Both the position numbers and the translations under genes were made by a program. A stretch of DNA of 64,000 nucleotides from Vulcanimicrobiota bacterium (GTDB taxonomy: Bacteria > Vulcanimicrobiota > Vulcanimicrobiia > Vulcanimicrobiales > Vulcanimicrobiaceae), in assembly GCA_963716415.1 (NCBI GenBank), contig OY970311.1, forward strand, positions 1,054,931 through 1,118,930, read 5' to 3'. Positions 9,845-18,881 of the stretch are shown here, in pieces (positions within the stretch are counted from its first letter, which is position 1; every line of letters begins with the position of its first letter). The notes beneath the pieces were generated by a model, which was not told the origin of the DNA, searched no databases, and saw only the letters and a list, made by a program, of their open reading frames with translations.

Positions 9845-9957
9845 ATCGGCGACCGCGATGTCGACCGTGTGATGGTCGTGCGCGACGATCCTTGCCTCGA
9901 CACTGGAGCCGTCACCCAGCGGCAACAAGAACGTGTCGCCCGCGCGGTAGGGAAGTT

Positions 9958-12066
9958 TCAGACGCCGACGACCGCTTGAATCAGATGACGTGCATAGGGC
10001 ACGCCGATCCCGGTGATAAGGTCGAAGCCTGGGCCGGCGTTGAAACCCGGATCCAACCCGTTGCCCGGTGTCGGCGACGGAAATGGGCTGACCACCGCCA
10101 TCCCGTTGAAGCCGTAGAGCACGTCGTAAAAGACTTGATCGTACGACAGATGCGGCGTGAACGAACCGATCGTCTTGTTGTTGTAGATCGCGTAAAAGTA
10201 CGGGTTCGCGTTGCCCAGGCGCCATGGGTGCGCGCCGGTCGCCGTTGCGCAGGATGCGGTCTGTTTGCAGGCTTGCAATACCAGCGCCCACATCGCCGCA
10301 GTCTCCGGCGCGGCAACACTCGTGCCGCCGTAGAACGAGGTTGACGGACCACCCCGCAGCCCGACGTTCTGCATCACGAAGACCCCGGTTGCAAGGTCGC
10401 CTTCGAGCGACACGTCAGGGTTTGCGCGCATGCCCGAACACAGCGACTGCACCGATGTGACGCCGCCGGCAACTTGCTGATAACTCGGCGCGGTGAAATC
10501 GATCGAACAGCCGCCGCCGCTCGCGCCGAAGCCGAAGTTGCCGAACTGCGGACCACCACCCGACGTTGCGACGCCCCAGCCGGTGATCGCATTCGTGAGG
10601 TCGCCTTGTGCATCCATCGGCGTCGTGACCGCGCCGACCGCGGTGACGTTGACATCGGTCGATGGATAGCCGACGCACAGCGCGTTGGTCAATGGTCCCG
10701 CTCCGCCGTAGCGCAGGCAGCCCTCGGCGCCGGAGTCACCGGTTGAGAAGAAGGCCGCGACGCCTTCGGCCGCTAGCGCGGCGAATTCAGACGGTCCAAG
10801 ACCTTGCTTGGTCGTTGCATCGTAGAGATTGCCTTCGCCGTACTGCGGTTCGCCGCCGCCGTAACTCCCGGAGACAACGTCGGCCGTGTTGTCGGCGATG
10901 ATCTGTTGAATCTCGTCATCGGAGAGTTGGATTCCGAGCGCCTGGAACGAGGTATCGCCGGCGTAGGGTCCCGGCGACGGACAGATGCCGTGGTTTGGCG
11001 CATTCGGTCCGGGTTGGTTACATTCGCCGTCATTGTAGGCGAGATAAAAGTGCACGGTCGCGCCGGGCGCAAGGCCCGCGACCTGCTGCGTATCGAGCTG
11101 CGTTTCGCCGTCTTCCGGGTTGCAGGTCCGGTAGTTTCCGGCAAAGCTGCATGGTCCGGTCACCGGCGGCGGCGTGGTGAGACCGGTCGAATAGTTGAAC
11201 GGCGGCGGCGAGGGCGAGTATAAGGAAAGTGCCTGTGCGACGCCTTGATCGGTCGCGTTAACCTGCGTGACGGTTGCCACACTCGTTCCGAACGTCGTCC
11301 CGTACGCGGGCACGTCCTGGGTATCAAGAGGTCCGGTTGCAATGATCGCAATCGTGATGCCGCTGCCGGTATACCCCGCAGCATACGCACTTTGGTAATC
11401 AAAGACTTTGCGCAACTGTTGCGGCGAGTAGCCATAGGTGTTGCCGTCACCGATACTCGGCACGAAATCACGAGTCGAGCCTTGCGCGCGGACGACATTG
11501 ATCGCAGCGCGCACCGGAATGCCCGCTGGAACTGACGGCGCGCTCATCGGCGCGACGAACGTCTGCCCGTTGTAGCTGTAGATCCCGAACTTCGTGCCGA
11601 ATGCGGCTTCGAGGTCGCTCTGACGCCCGCTTACGAACAGCGAGAGCCGCTGCGGCCATCCGCCGACATGCAGGTTGTGCGATGTGAAGTAACCAGCGGC
11701 GTTCGTGTAGTTGCTCGCGCTTGCGCCGAAGCGCTGTCCGATCTCTTGTGGCGTCAAGTAGTGGCGGTAGAGTCCAGAACTCGGATCGCTGACCTCGCGC
11801 GCGTAGGTTTCGAGCCCCGATTCATTCTGCAGATTGACCGCTACGTCGACGCCCATCGCCGCGAACTGTGCCGGTCCGACGTAGACGGCGCCACGCTGGA
11901 TGTTCGCACCATACCCGATGGCCTGCGCGCCCTGCGGAACGGCAGGGTTCACCGGCGGAAGCCCAGGCGCGCTTCCAAGGTTTCCGGAACTGCCGCCACC
12001 GCCGCAAGCAGCAAGCGCTGCAAGCACGGCAAGGACCGCAAAAGACGAGACCTGACGTGCGTTCAT
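9958..12066 (-). CDS. S53 (sedolisin/kumamolisin-like) serine peptidase lipoprotein
   Basis: Lipobox 'LAALAACGG'; pro-kumamolisin-type activation segment 'YLTPQEIGQRFGAS..NY'; 'TGDSGAEGC'; catalytic Ser context 'GGTSVAAPETAAMWAL'. Confidence 0.8.
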   Translation of the reverse strand: MNARQVSSFAVLAVLAALAACGGGGSSGNLGSAPGLPPVNPAVPQGAQAIGYGANIQRGAVYVGPAQFAAMGVDVAVNLQNESGLETYAREVSDPSSGLYRHYLTPQEIGQRFGASASNYTNAAGYFTSHNLHVGGWPQRLSLFVSGRQSDLEAAFGTKFGIYSYNGQTFVAPMSAPSVPAGIPVRAAINVVRAQGSTRDFVPSIGDGNTYGYSPQQLRKVFDYQSAYAAGYTGSGITIAIIATGPLDTQDVPAYGTTFGTSVATVTQVNATDQGVAQALSLYSPSPPPFNYSTGLTTPPPVTGPCSFAGNYRTCNPEDGETQLDTQQVAGLAPGATVHFYLAYNDGECNQPGPNAPNHGICPSPGPYAGDTSFQALGIQLSDDEIQQIIADNTADVVSGSYGGGEPQYGEGNLYDATTKQGLGPSEFAALAAEGVAAFFSTGDSGAEGCLRYGGAGPLTNALCVGYPSTDVNVTAVGAVTTPMDAQGDLTNAITGWGVATSGGGPQFGNFGFGASGGGCSIDFTAPSYQQVAGGVTSVQSLCSGMRANPDVSLEGDLATGVFVMQNVGLRGGPSTSFYGGTSVAAPETAAMWALVLQACKQTASCATATGAHPWRLGNANPYFYAIYNNKTIGSFTPHLSYDQVFYDVLYGFNGMAVVSPFPSPTPGNGLDPGFNAGPGFDLITGIGVPYARHLIQAVVGV

Positions 12067-14087
12067 CGGTGGGCTCCCTTCTGGATCGCGAGACGCATGG
12101 CGCGTACGCGCGCCTCAAAGCCGGCGCGTGCGGCACGCATGGCGCTTGCTTCCAGACGATGGGCCGCGTCGATACCGGTAATGGCGCCACTCTGTAATGC
12201 GAGCAATTGCGTTGTTGTCGTGACTTGATACGGCGTCGAACTCCAGGAAAAGATCGGCGAAAAGAGCACGCTGCCGGGTTGAATATCGCCCTGTACGTTG
12301 TAATACTGCGTGAGTGTGTCGGTCATAACCGAGCAGACCGCGCCGTAGCCGGTCGCGACGTACGAATCGATCTCTTCTGCGTCGGTATAGCCAAACACCG
12401 TGTCGAGACGTGAGATGAGTTGCACGAGTTTGTTCACGCTCGTCGGAATCGGCGAGCCGGTTTTGCAGGACGCCGGCAATGACGCCGCCCCCATATTGCT
12501 ATCGGTCTCCGCATAAAGTACCGGCGGCGCTGTGAACCATACACCGACGGTCTGCGTGTACGGAGTTGGTGTGGGGTTCGGATAGCTCTGCGTTTCGGCA
12601 ATCGCAATCGAGCCGGAAACCGGCGCGCTGTTGGTTGCCGTGTACGTCGCGCCGTAGAGATTGAGCGTGATGTCGCCGCTGCCGTCGCTCTGCTCGGTAA
12701 CGGTTGACGGCGGAGCCGGGCCCGTGTAGTAGACGCTGTTGGCGGGATAGGTGATCGATTCGTTGTAAGTGCCGTCTGCCGCATAGGTTTGCGTCGATGT
12801 CTCGGTGCTGGCGTCGGTGTCGGCAATCGTCACGGCGCCGTTGTTGGTCCAAGAGGCTCCGGAGATCTCGGGGAGTTGATCCAGCACTTGTGGCGTGGCG
12901 AAGGTCGAGACCGAAGTATTGCCTTCGCCGTCGTTGCTCGCGTTACCGTATGTCAGAAATTGAACCGGCGACGCGCCGCTGAAGCTGTCGTATTCATCCG
13001 TCGTCAAGGTTGTCGTCGTCAGATTCGCGGTGCTTACGTCGACCGCGTGAAAGTCGTCGAGGCCCGAAACACCGTTGAACGTCGGCGCGGGTGTAACGCT
13101 CACCGATTCAGCAAGCGTCGCACTGGTCGTCGATTGCGGCTGCCCGCTGCGGGCGAACGTCTGCGACCACGCGCCGGTATAATTGTAGGTGTCTCCGGAG
13201 GTTGCCGGACGCTGCGAGGCGACGTCGATTTTCACGTTGCCGCTCAGGTTCTTGACGGGATCGGAGACGACGAGATTGCCGGTCGCGCTTGTCGTACCCG
13301 TGGTCAGCGTCGCGAGATATGGCGCGAGTTGTACCGAGAGGGTGCCGAGCGCCGTATTCGAGAGCGCAAACGACGGCACGAAAGCATAGGCGTTGCCGTT
13401 CGCGTCTGCGCCGGTCGCGTTAAACGTCACGCTGCTCTGGATTGCAAAGGGCTGCGTGGTCGCGCTGGTCGCCCCGAGCGTTATCGGTGCCGGCGTCGCC
13501 GCCGCCGACGACGCGATCGCGTAGAACGCATACGGGTCGGCCGATCCCGTGACGGTCGAGATACCGACGTACGCGACGGCGTTTTGATTGGTGATGATCG
13601 CGCCGCTTTCGCTCGCTGTATCCACGTCGTTGTACGCGCCGCTCTTCGCGCCGTACATCGCGAGGCGAATCGTATTGCCGCCGGCCACCAGTGGGCCGGT
13701 GAAGCTGAGCGTCAGCGGCTTATAAATCGCAAGCCCACCGTCGCTCACCGTAAAACCGAGCAGGAACGTTGCGCCGGCCGGTGTCGCGCGTCGCTTCGTA
13801 AAAGGCTTCGCGGTCGTGTCGGCCGGGTAGACGCTGAGTGTCCAGGTTGTCGACGTTATCACCGCGTCTGCGGGAACGGTCAGCTGCACGGCACTACCGT
13901 TTACCGTCACCGAGAGTATGCCGCCGCTTACGCCGATGCTCGACGTAGCCGTCGCCGGCGTTGGGGCGGGCGTCGGTGTCGGCGTGGCGATCGTTCCGGG
14001 AATCGTGCCGCCACCTCCACCGCCGCCGCACGCGCACAGCGTCGCGACCAGCCCTGCAAAAAGCCCGAGGAGCGAGCGACGGTACAT
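12063..14087 (-). CDS. Thr/Ser/Ala-rich secreted lipoprotein of unknown function
   Basis: Lipobox 'LVATLCACGGGGGGG', GGAGG 7 nt upstream of the ATG, ATGA overlap with the S53 gene. I recognise no domain. Confidence 0.6.
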   Translation of the reverse strand: MYRRSLLGLFAGLVATLCACGGGGGGGTIPGTIATPTPTPAPTPATATSSIGVSGGILSVTVNGSAVQLTVPADAVITSTTWTLSVYPADTTAKPFTKRRATPAGATFLLGFTVSDGGLAIYKPLTLSFTGPLVAGGNTIRLAMYGAKSGAYNDVDTASESGAIITNQNAVAYVGISTVTGSADPYAFYAIASSAAATPAPITLGATSATTQPFAIQSSVTFNATGADANGNAYAFVPSFALSNTALGTLSVQLAPYLATLTTGTTSATGNLVVSDPVKNLSGNVKIDVASQRPATSGDTYNYTGAWSQTFARSGQPQSTTSATLAESVSVTPAPTFNGVSGLDDFHAVDVSTANLTTTTLTTDEYDSFSGASPVQFLTYGNASNDGEGNTSVSTFATPQVLDQLPEISGASWTNNGAVTIADTDASTETSTQTYAADGTYNESITYPANSVYYTGPAPPSTVTEQSDGSGDITLNLYGATYTATNSAPVSGSIAIAETQSYPNPTPTPYTQTVGVWFTAPPVLYAETDSNMGAASLPASCKTGSPIPTSVNKLVQLISRLDTVFGYTDAEEIDSYVATGYGAVCSVMTDTLTQYYNVQGDIQPGSVLFSPIFSWSSTPYQVTTTTQLLALQSGAITGIDAAHRLEASAMRAARAGFEARVRAMRLAIQKGAHR

Positions 14088-14165
14088 AGGCGACCTCCAG
14101 AAGTGGAGCGCAAACCGAGCAGCTAACGAGGCTGCGGCAGTTGAAGCTAGAGGCTACTTCCTTCC

Positions 14166-14807
14166 TTGATTCGAGGGACCTTGGCAAAATCGCGCAGTGG
14201 AGGACGCCGCTTCGATCGTGATTACGGCGTTACCACGCACGCCGTGCTCTTTCTCACCGATCTCGATCCCGAGGCAGTCGGTGATGCCGGCGCACATGCA
14301 ACGCACTACGAAGCCGTTCCCGTTGCGGATTTTCGCGCGCTGCTCGCACTGGTGCCGAGCCCGGCATTCTCTCAAGCAACCTTCGTCGACGTAGGCGCGG
14401 GCATGGGCCGAGCGATGATTCTCGCGGCTGAATATCCGTTCAAGCAAGTCTGCGGCATCGAACTTTCGCCCGGTCTGTATGAAGTCGCAAAAGAAAATCT
14501 CGAAACCGCGCGAGCGCGTGGCCTACGTTGTCACGATCTGCGCCTGCAACGCGGTGACGCCCGCATTGCAAACTATCCGCCCGGCGACCTGGTGGTCTTT
14601 CTCTTCAATCCATTCGACGGTGATGCGCTCGCTGCGACGCTGGCAAGCATTGCAAACCGGCGCGACGCCGGCGAAACATGGCTGCTCTATCACACACCGG
14701 TCGAGCGCGCGGTCATCGAATCCACACCGGGATGGTCGATGATCGGGGAAGTGCCGAGTGGTGCAGCCTATGCGTTGCCGAGTACGTCGCGATCTTTTTG
14801 CGAATAG
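14166..14807 (+). CDS. class I SAM-dependent methyltransferase
   Basis: Motif I 'FVDVGAGMGRAMILAA', followed by 'GIELSPGLYEVAKENL'. The start codon is uncertain (TTG). Confidence 0.6.
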   Translation: MIRGTLAKSRSGGRRFDRDYGVTTHAVLFLTDLDPEAVGDAGAHATHYEAVPVADFRALLALVPSPAFSQATFVDVGAGMGRAMILAAEYPFKQVCGIELSPGLYEVAKENLETARARGLRCHDLRLQRGDARIANYPPGDLVVFLFNPFDGDALAATLASIANRRDAGETWLLYHTPVERAVIESTPGWSMIGEVPSGAAYALPSTSRSFCE

Positions 14808-15901
14808 ATGTTCAACAGCACGCCGACCGCGGCGAAGTCGGTGAGGATGGCCGAGCCGCCGTACGACATGAACGGCAAGGGAATGCCGGTGATCGGCATG
14901 ATGCCGATCGTCATCCCAATATTGACCAGAATGTGAAAGAACAGCATCGCAACGATTCCGGACGCAAGCAGAAACCCGAAACGGTCGCGCGCCGCGATCA
15001 TCGTGCGAATGCCGCCATAGAGTAACACGCCGTATAGCACCACCAGCGCCGCGGCACCCAAGAATCCAAACTCTTCGGCGAGCACGGTAAAAATAAAATC
15101 GCGCGAATGCTCGGGAACGAAGTTGAGCTGCGTCTGCGTTCCGTGATGTAGGCCGCGTCCGAACCACTCGCCGTTGCCGACGGCGATCTTGGATTGATTG
15201 AGATTGTAGCCCGCGCCTTGCGGATCGGCATGTGGATTGAGGAAGACGAAGAGTCGCGCCTTCTGAAACGGCTTGAGAATCGCGTTGGTGCCGACGGCCG
15301 CCGCCCCCGCGGTCAGCACCGCCATCGCGTAAATCAAAAAGTCGCTCAGCTTGGGCAAACCGAAAAAGAGCTGGACGGTAAGGATCGCGCCGATAACCAG
15401 CGACGTTCCCAGATCCGGCTGCTTGAGAATCAAGAGCGCTGGAATTGCGGCGACAAGCAGCGGCTTCCATAGATCTTGAATGCGGTCGTAGGTATGGCGG
15501 CAGAGCACGAATGCGATCGAAATCGCCAGCACCAGCTTCGCCGGCTCGGACGGTTGAAATGTGCCCAGCGGTCCCAGCGAGATCCAACGTTGCGCGCCGA
15601 GCGCCGAATGGCCGCCGCGCAAAATAAACCCCAGCAAGAGCAGATTGACGATGTACAGTCCGGGCGCCCAGCGTCGCCAAGTGCGATAGTCGATGAGCGA
15701 AAACCCGACCATTAACGGCACGCCCAGCAAAATGTAGAGAAACTGCTTCTTATATTCGCCGGCCGCGTCGGGGTCGTGCAGATCGGCGGACTGAATGCAC
15801 AGCACCCCAAGGATCGCGATGAGCAGCGGCGCGATCGCGAGCGGCCAGTTGAAGTTCCGAACGTAGCGCCGGGAATCAATACCGAGGGAGAGGACCGCCA
15901 T
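14768..15901 (-). CDS. rodA: SEDS family peptidoglycan polymerase RodA (FtsW/RodA/SpoVE)
   Basis: About 10 TM segments, conserved C-terminal 'MPITGIPLPFMSYGGSA', and a position directly downstream of minE. Confidence 0.85.
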   Translation of the reverse strand: MAVLSLGIDSRRYVRNFNWPLAIAPLLIAILGVLCIQSADLHDPDAAGEYKKQFLYILLGVPLMVGFSLIDYRTWRRWAPGLYIVNLLLLGFILRGGHSALGAQRWISLGPLGTFQPSEPAKLVLAISIAFVLCRHTYDRIQDLWKPLLVAAIPALLILKQPDLGTSLVIGAILTVQLFFGLPKLSDFLIYAMAVLTAGAAAVGTNAILKPFQKARLFVFLNPHADPQGAGYNLNQSKIAVGNGEWFGRGLHHGTQTQLNFVPEHSRDFIFTVLAEEFGFLGAAALVVLYGVLLYGGIRTMIAARDRFGFLLASGIVAMLFFHILVNIGMTIGIMPITGIPLPFMSYGGSAILTDFAAVGVLLNIYSQKDRDVLGNA

Positions 15902-15913
15902 TGCGCCGATCGA

Positions 15914-16264
15914 TCAGTGCGCGGTCGCCGGACTCTGCGCCGGCGGCTTCTTGCGCCGGCGACGTCGCGCGGGCGGCCCGGACTGCGCGGGCGGCTGCGG
16001 CGGCGGACTCGGCCGATTCACCGAGACGATCGGAATGTTCGCCAGCATCGCCAGCGCCCGGTCCTCGCGCTCGAAGTTGACTTCGACCTTGTCGCGATCG
16101 ACTTCGACGTAGCGCGAGATCACGTCGACCAGATCGCGCTTCATATTTTCGATGATGTCGGGCGCAAGCGCGAGATGATCGGTCATCAGCACGAGCCGTA
16201 GCCGTTCTTTTGCGGTCGAACTCGAAGTCGGACCGCCGAACATCTTCTTGACCCAATCGATCAT
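15914..16264 (-). CDS. minE: cell division topological specificity factor MinE with a Pro/Arg-rich C-terminal extension
   Basis: 'AKERLRLVLMTDHLALAPDIIENMKRDLVDVISRYVEVD' matches the MinE core. It overlaps the minD stop by 4 nt. Confidence 0.85.
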   Translation of the reverse strand: MIDWVKKMFGGPTSSSTAKERLRLVLMTDHLALAPDIIENMKRDLVDVISRYVEVDRDKVEVNFEREDRALAMLANIPIVSVNRPSPPPQPPAQSGPPARRRRRKKPPAQSPATAH

Positions 16265-17100
16265 GCGCGCTTTCCTCCGAAGATCGAGCCGAGCTTATCC
16301 ATCAACGACTCTTTGAGTTCGGGGGACGGCGCGGGCACGTCCTCGCCCGCAACGCGCGCGGCGATCGCATGGTAGGCGTTCGCGGTTTCGCCATCGTGGC
16401 GCAGCGCCAGCGGTTCGCCTCGATTAGTGGTAATGATAATCTCCGGTTCGTCGGCAATGACGCCCAACAGCGGTAGCCGCAGGATCGCATTGACATCTTC
16501 GACCGAGAGCATCTTGCCCTTCTTTACCAGCGCCGGGCGCAGGCGATTGATGATCAGTTGCGGCTTGAAGCGGTTGCCGAGCAGCCCAACCACGCGATCG
16601 ACGTCGCGCACTGCCGAAACCTCGGGCGTGCACACCACGATTGCCTCGTCGGCGCCGACGATGGCATTCTTAAAACCCAGCTCGATGCCGGCCGGGCAAT
16701 CGATCAGCACATAGTCGAAGCGTTCGCGCAGGCCCTGGATGAGCGCCCGCATCTTCTCGGTATCGACTTCGTCCTTTTCGCGCGACTGTGCGGCGGCAAG
16801 AAGCACCAACGTTTCGCTGTGTTTGTCGTGGACCAGCGCCTCGTCGAGCGAGACTTTGTCTTCGAGCACGTCGAGCAGATGGTACTTCACTCGGCTCTCG
16901 AGCCCGAGTACGATGTCGAGGTTGCGCAGCCCGACGTCGGCATCGATCAACGCGACGCGCGCGCCACGCTGCGCGAGCGCGGTGCCCAAATTGGCGGTGG
17001 TCGTCGTTTTGCCGACGCCGCCCTTGCCCGAGGTCACGACGATCGCGCGCCCCAGCTTCGCCGCTGGAACCGCTACTTCATGAGGAACTGGTTGGTGCAT
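16261..17100 (-). CDS. minD: septum site-determining ATPase MinD (paralog 2)
   Basis: Deviant Walker A 'SGKGGVGKTTTTANLG', 'DCPAGIE', and a C-terminal amphipathic tail 'LMDKLGSIFGGKRA'. Confidence 0.9.
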   Translation of the reverse strand: MHQPVPHEVAVPAAKLGRAIVVTSGKGGVGKTTTTANLGTALAQRGARVALIDADVGLRNLDIVLGLESRVKYHLLDVLEDKVSLDEALVHDKHSETLVLLAAAQSREKDEVDTEKMRALIQGLRERFDYVLIDCPAGIELGFKNAIVGADEAIVVCTPEVSAVRDVDRVVGLLGNRFKPQLIINRLRPALVKKGKMLSVEDVNAILRLPLLGVIADEPEIIITTNRGEPLALRHDGETANAYHAIAARVAGEDVPAPSPELKESLMDKLGSIFGGKRA

Positions 17101-17106
17101 CGAAGA

Positions 17107-17898
17107 TTACCCCGCCTTGAGAGCGCCGAAAAGTTTGCCGAAGAAGCCCTGCGCATCGAAGGTCGTGAACGGCACCATCTCGCCTTCGAGACGGCGCGCG
17201 ATCTTCTCGTAGATCCCACCCAGCCGCGCTGCCGGATCGAGGACAATCGGTTCGCCGCGATTGGTCGTGTCGATGACCTCGGGATCCTCGGGTATGACCC
17301 CAACGAGCTCGACGGCAAGAATCTCGCAAACGTCTTCGACCGAGAGCATATCGCCGGTGCGAACCATCTCCGGACGAAGGCGATTCACGATCAATCGGAT
17401 CGGCAGCCCGCGCTCGTTGAGTTTGCCGACCACGCGATCGGCATCGCGAATCGCGCTGACCTCCGGCGTCGTGACGACGATCGCTTCCTTGGCGCCGGCG
17501 ACCGCATTGCGGAAGCCGCCTTCGATGCCGGCCGGACAATCGATCAATACGTAATCAGCATTTTGCGCAGCCTGCGCGACGATCGACTCGAATTGCGACT
17601 CGGTAATCGCGTCTTTGTCGCGGGTTTGTGCGGCCGGAAGAATCGAGAGCGATTCGAAGCGCTTGTCTTTGATCAGCGCCTGACGCAGTTGGCAGCGCCC
17701 CTCCACGACTTCGACCAAATCGAAGACGATGCGTTTCTCTAGACCCAGCACGAGGTCGAGATTACGCAATCCGATGTCGGCATCCACCAACACCACGCGC
17801 AATCCACGTTTCGCGAGCGCGGCGCCGAGATTTGCCGTGGTTGTGGTCTTGCCCACGCCACCCTTGCCCGACGTGATGACGATGCGACGTCCTGACAT
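17107..17898 (-). CDS. minD: septum site-determining ATPase MinD (paralog 1)
   Basis: Deviant Walker A 'SGKGGVGKTTTTANLG', 'DCPAGIE', and a C-terminal amphipathic tail 'GFFGKLFGALKAG'. Confidence 0.9.
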   Translation of the reverse strand: MSGRRIVITSGKGGVGKTTTTANLGAALAKRGLRVVLVDADIGLRNLDLVLGLEKRIVFDLVEVVEGRCQLRQALIKDKRFESLSILPAAQTRDKDAITESQFESIVAQAAQNADYVLIDCPAGIEGGFRNAVAGAKEAIVVTTPEVSAIRDADRVVGKLNERGLPIRLIVNRLRPEMVRTGDMLSVEDVCEILAVELVGVIPEDPEVIDTTNRGEPIVLDPAARLGGIYEKIARRLEGEMVPFTTFDAQGFFGKLFGALKAG

Positions 17899-17899
17899 G

Positions 17900-18694
17900 T
17901 TATCCGGCTACCTCCGCTGCCTTGGAAAATGGTGCGATCGCGATCCGACCGTCGCGCACGAACGCTACTTCGGGTTCCGACGTTGTGCGCACGTGCTCCT
18001 CGTCGACGGCGATCACACTTGCAATACGTAATTGCGTCGCGTGCAATTGCAACGCGTAGACTTTTGCTTCGTTATCGCCTTGCGCACCCGCGTGTGCAAC
18101 ACCGAGCAAGCGTCCGAAGACGACGATGTCGCCGGTTGCGACGAGTTCCGTTCCGGGGTTGACGTCGCCGACGACGACGATGTTCCCAGCATGGTGCAAG
18201 GCTTGTCCGCCACGCAGCGTTCCGACGTGATACAGCGTTCCGGGTGGCGGCGGCGGAGCGACTTGCAGCGCAGGGCCGGCCGCGGCCGCCGCCGCAGCGC
18301 TTGCATTCGCGCGCCGGACGCTGGTCTCGCCGCGTTTACGCCGCTCGGCGATGTCGGCGCGCGCGCCGTCAAAGTCCGCCACGAGCGATCGCGCGGCCTC
18401 GGAAAGTTTGAGCTCGCGCTTGGGACGTAGGGCGCGCCGCCGGGCAAGCTCTTGCGCGTCAGGCGCCTGAGCCACGCCGCGCAACTCGATCCCCGCCTCG
18501 GCCAGGACGCCACGCAGCGTTTCGAGCTGCTCGTCGGTGAGCGGGACTTCACCGAGAACGACCCGTGCCGCGGTACCCCGATAGAAGTCGGCCCGCTCGC
18601 CAAGGCGAGCAGACAACTCAGCGACCGCCGCGTCGAAATCCCACCCGGCGAGATGGACTTCGAGGCCGAGGCCTCGCCCGCGAATCAAGGACAT
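17900..18694 (-). CDS. minC: septum site-determining protein MinC
   Basis: C-terminal beta-helix domain 'LRGGQALHHAGNIVVVGDVNPGTELVATGDIVVFGRLLGVAHAG'. ATG at 18694 has GGAGG 4 nt upstream. The longer ORF reaching 19015 runs into the divergent gene. Confidence 0.8.
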   Translation of the reverse strand: MSLIRGRGLGLEVHLAGWDFDAAVAELSARLGERADFYRGTAARVVLGEVPLTDEQLETLRGVLAEAGIELRGVAQAPDAQELARRRALRPKRELKLSEAARSLVADFDGARADIAERRKRGETSVRRANASAAAAAAAGPALQVAPPPPPGTLYHVGTLRGGQALHHAGNIVVVGDVNPGTELVATGDIVVFGRLLGVAHAGAQGDNEAKVYALQLHATQLRIASVIAVDEEHVRTTSEPEVAFVRDGRIAIAPFSKAAEVAG

Positions 18695-18881
18695 TGGCCT
18701 CCGTTTCAGGCGCGCGCGGGGGCCGGCCCTTTCGCAATCCACAGGGACTCGCAAGTTCTTCCGGTTATACACACGCCGTACACACTTTCGTAACGAGAGG
18801 CTCTCGCCGCCCGTTGTATGGGAGTCGAGCCAGCAATAACGTAACATTGATGGGGACCCACCGGTAAAGGACGTCAAGCCT

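Noticed and set aside
9845-10291. 5' part of ORF 9020..10291
   Set aside because: It overlaps the 3' end of the S53 peptidase gene in another frame and looks like junk. Only the region below about 9844 is plausibly coding.
12789-14126. 445-aa plus-strand ORF rich in Arg
   Set aside because: It is antisense to the lipoprotein gene 12063..14087, which has a lipobox, an RBS and operon coupling. The composition is typical of a GC-rich antisense frame.
14523-15680. 385-aa minus-strand ORF overlapping rodA in another frame
   Set aside because: It is Arg-rich with no motifs. The rodA frame carries the SEDS signature.
16558-17742. 394-aa plus-strand ORF spanning both minD genes
   Set aside because: It is antisense to two unambiguous MinD genes and has no recognisable domain.
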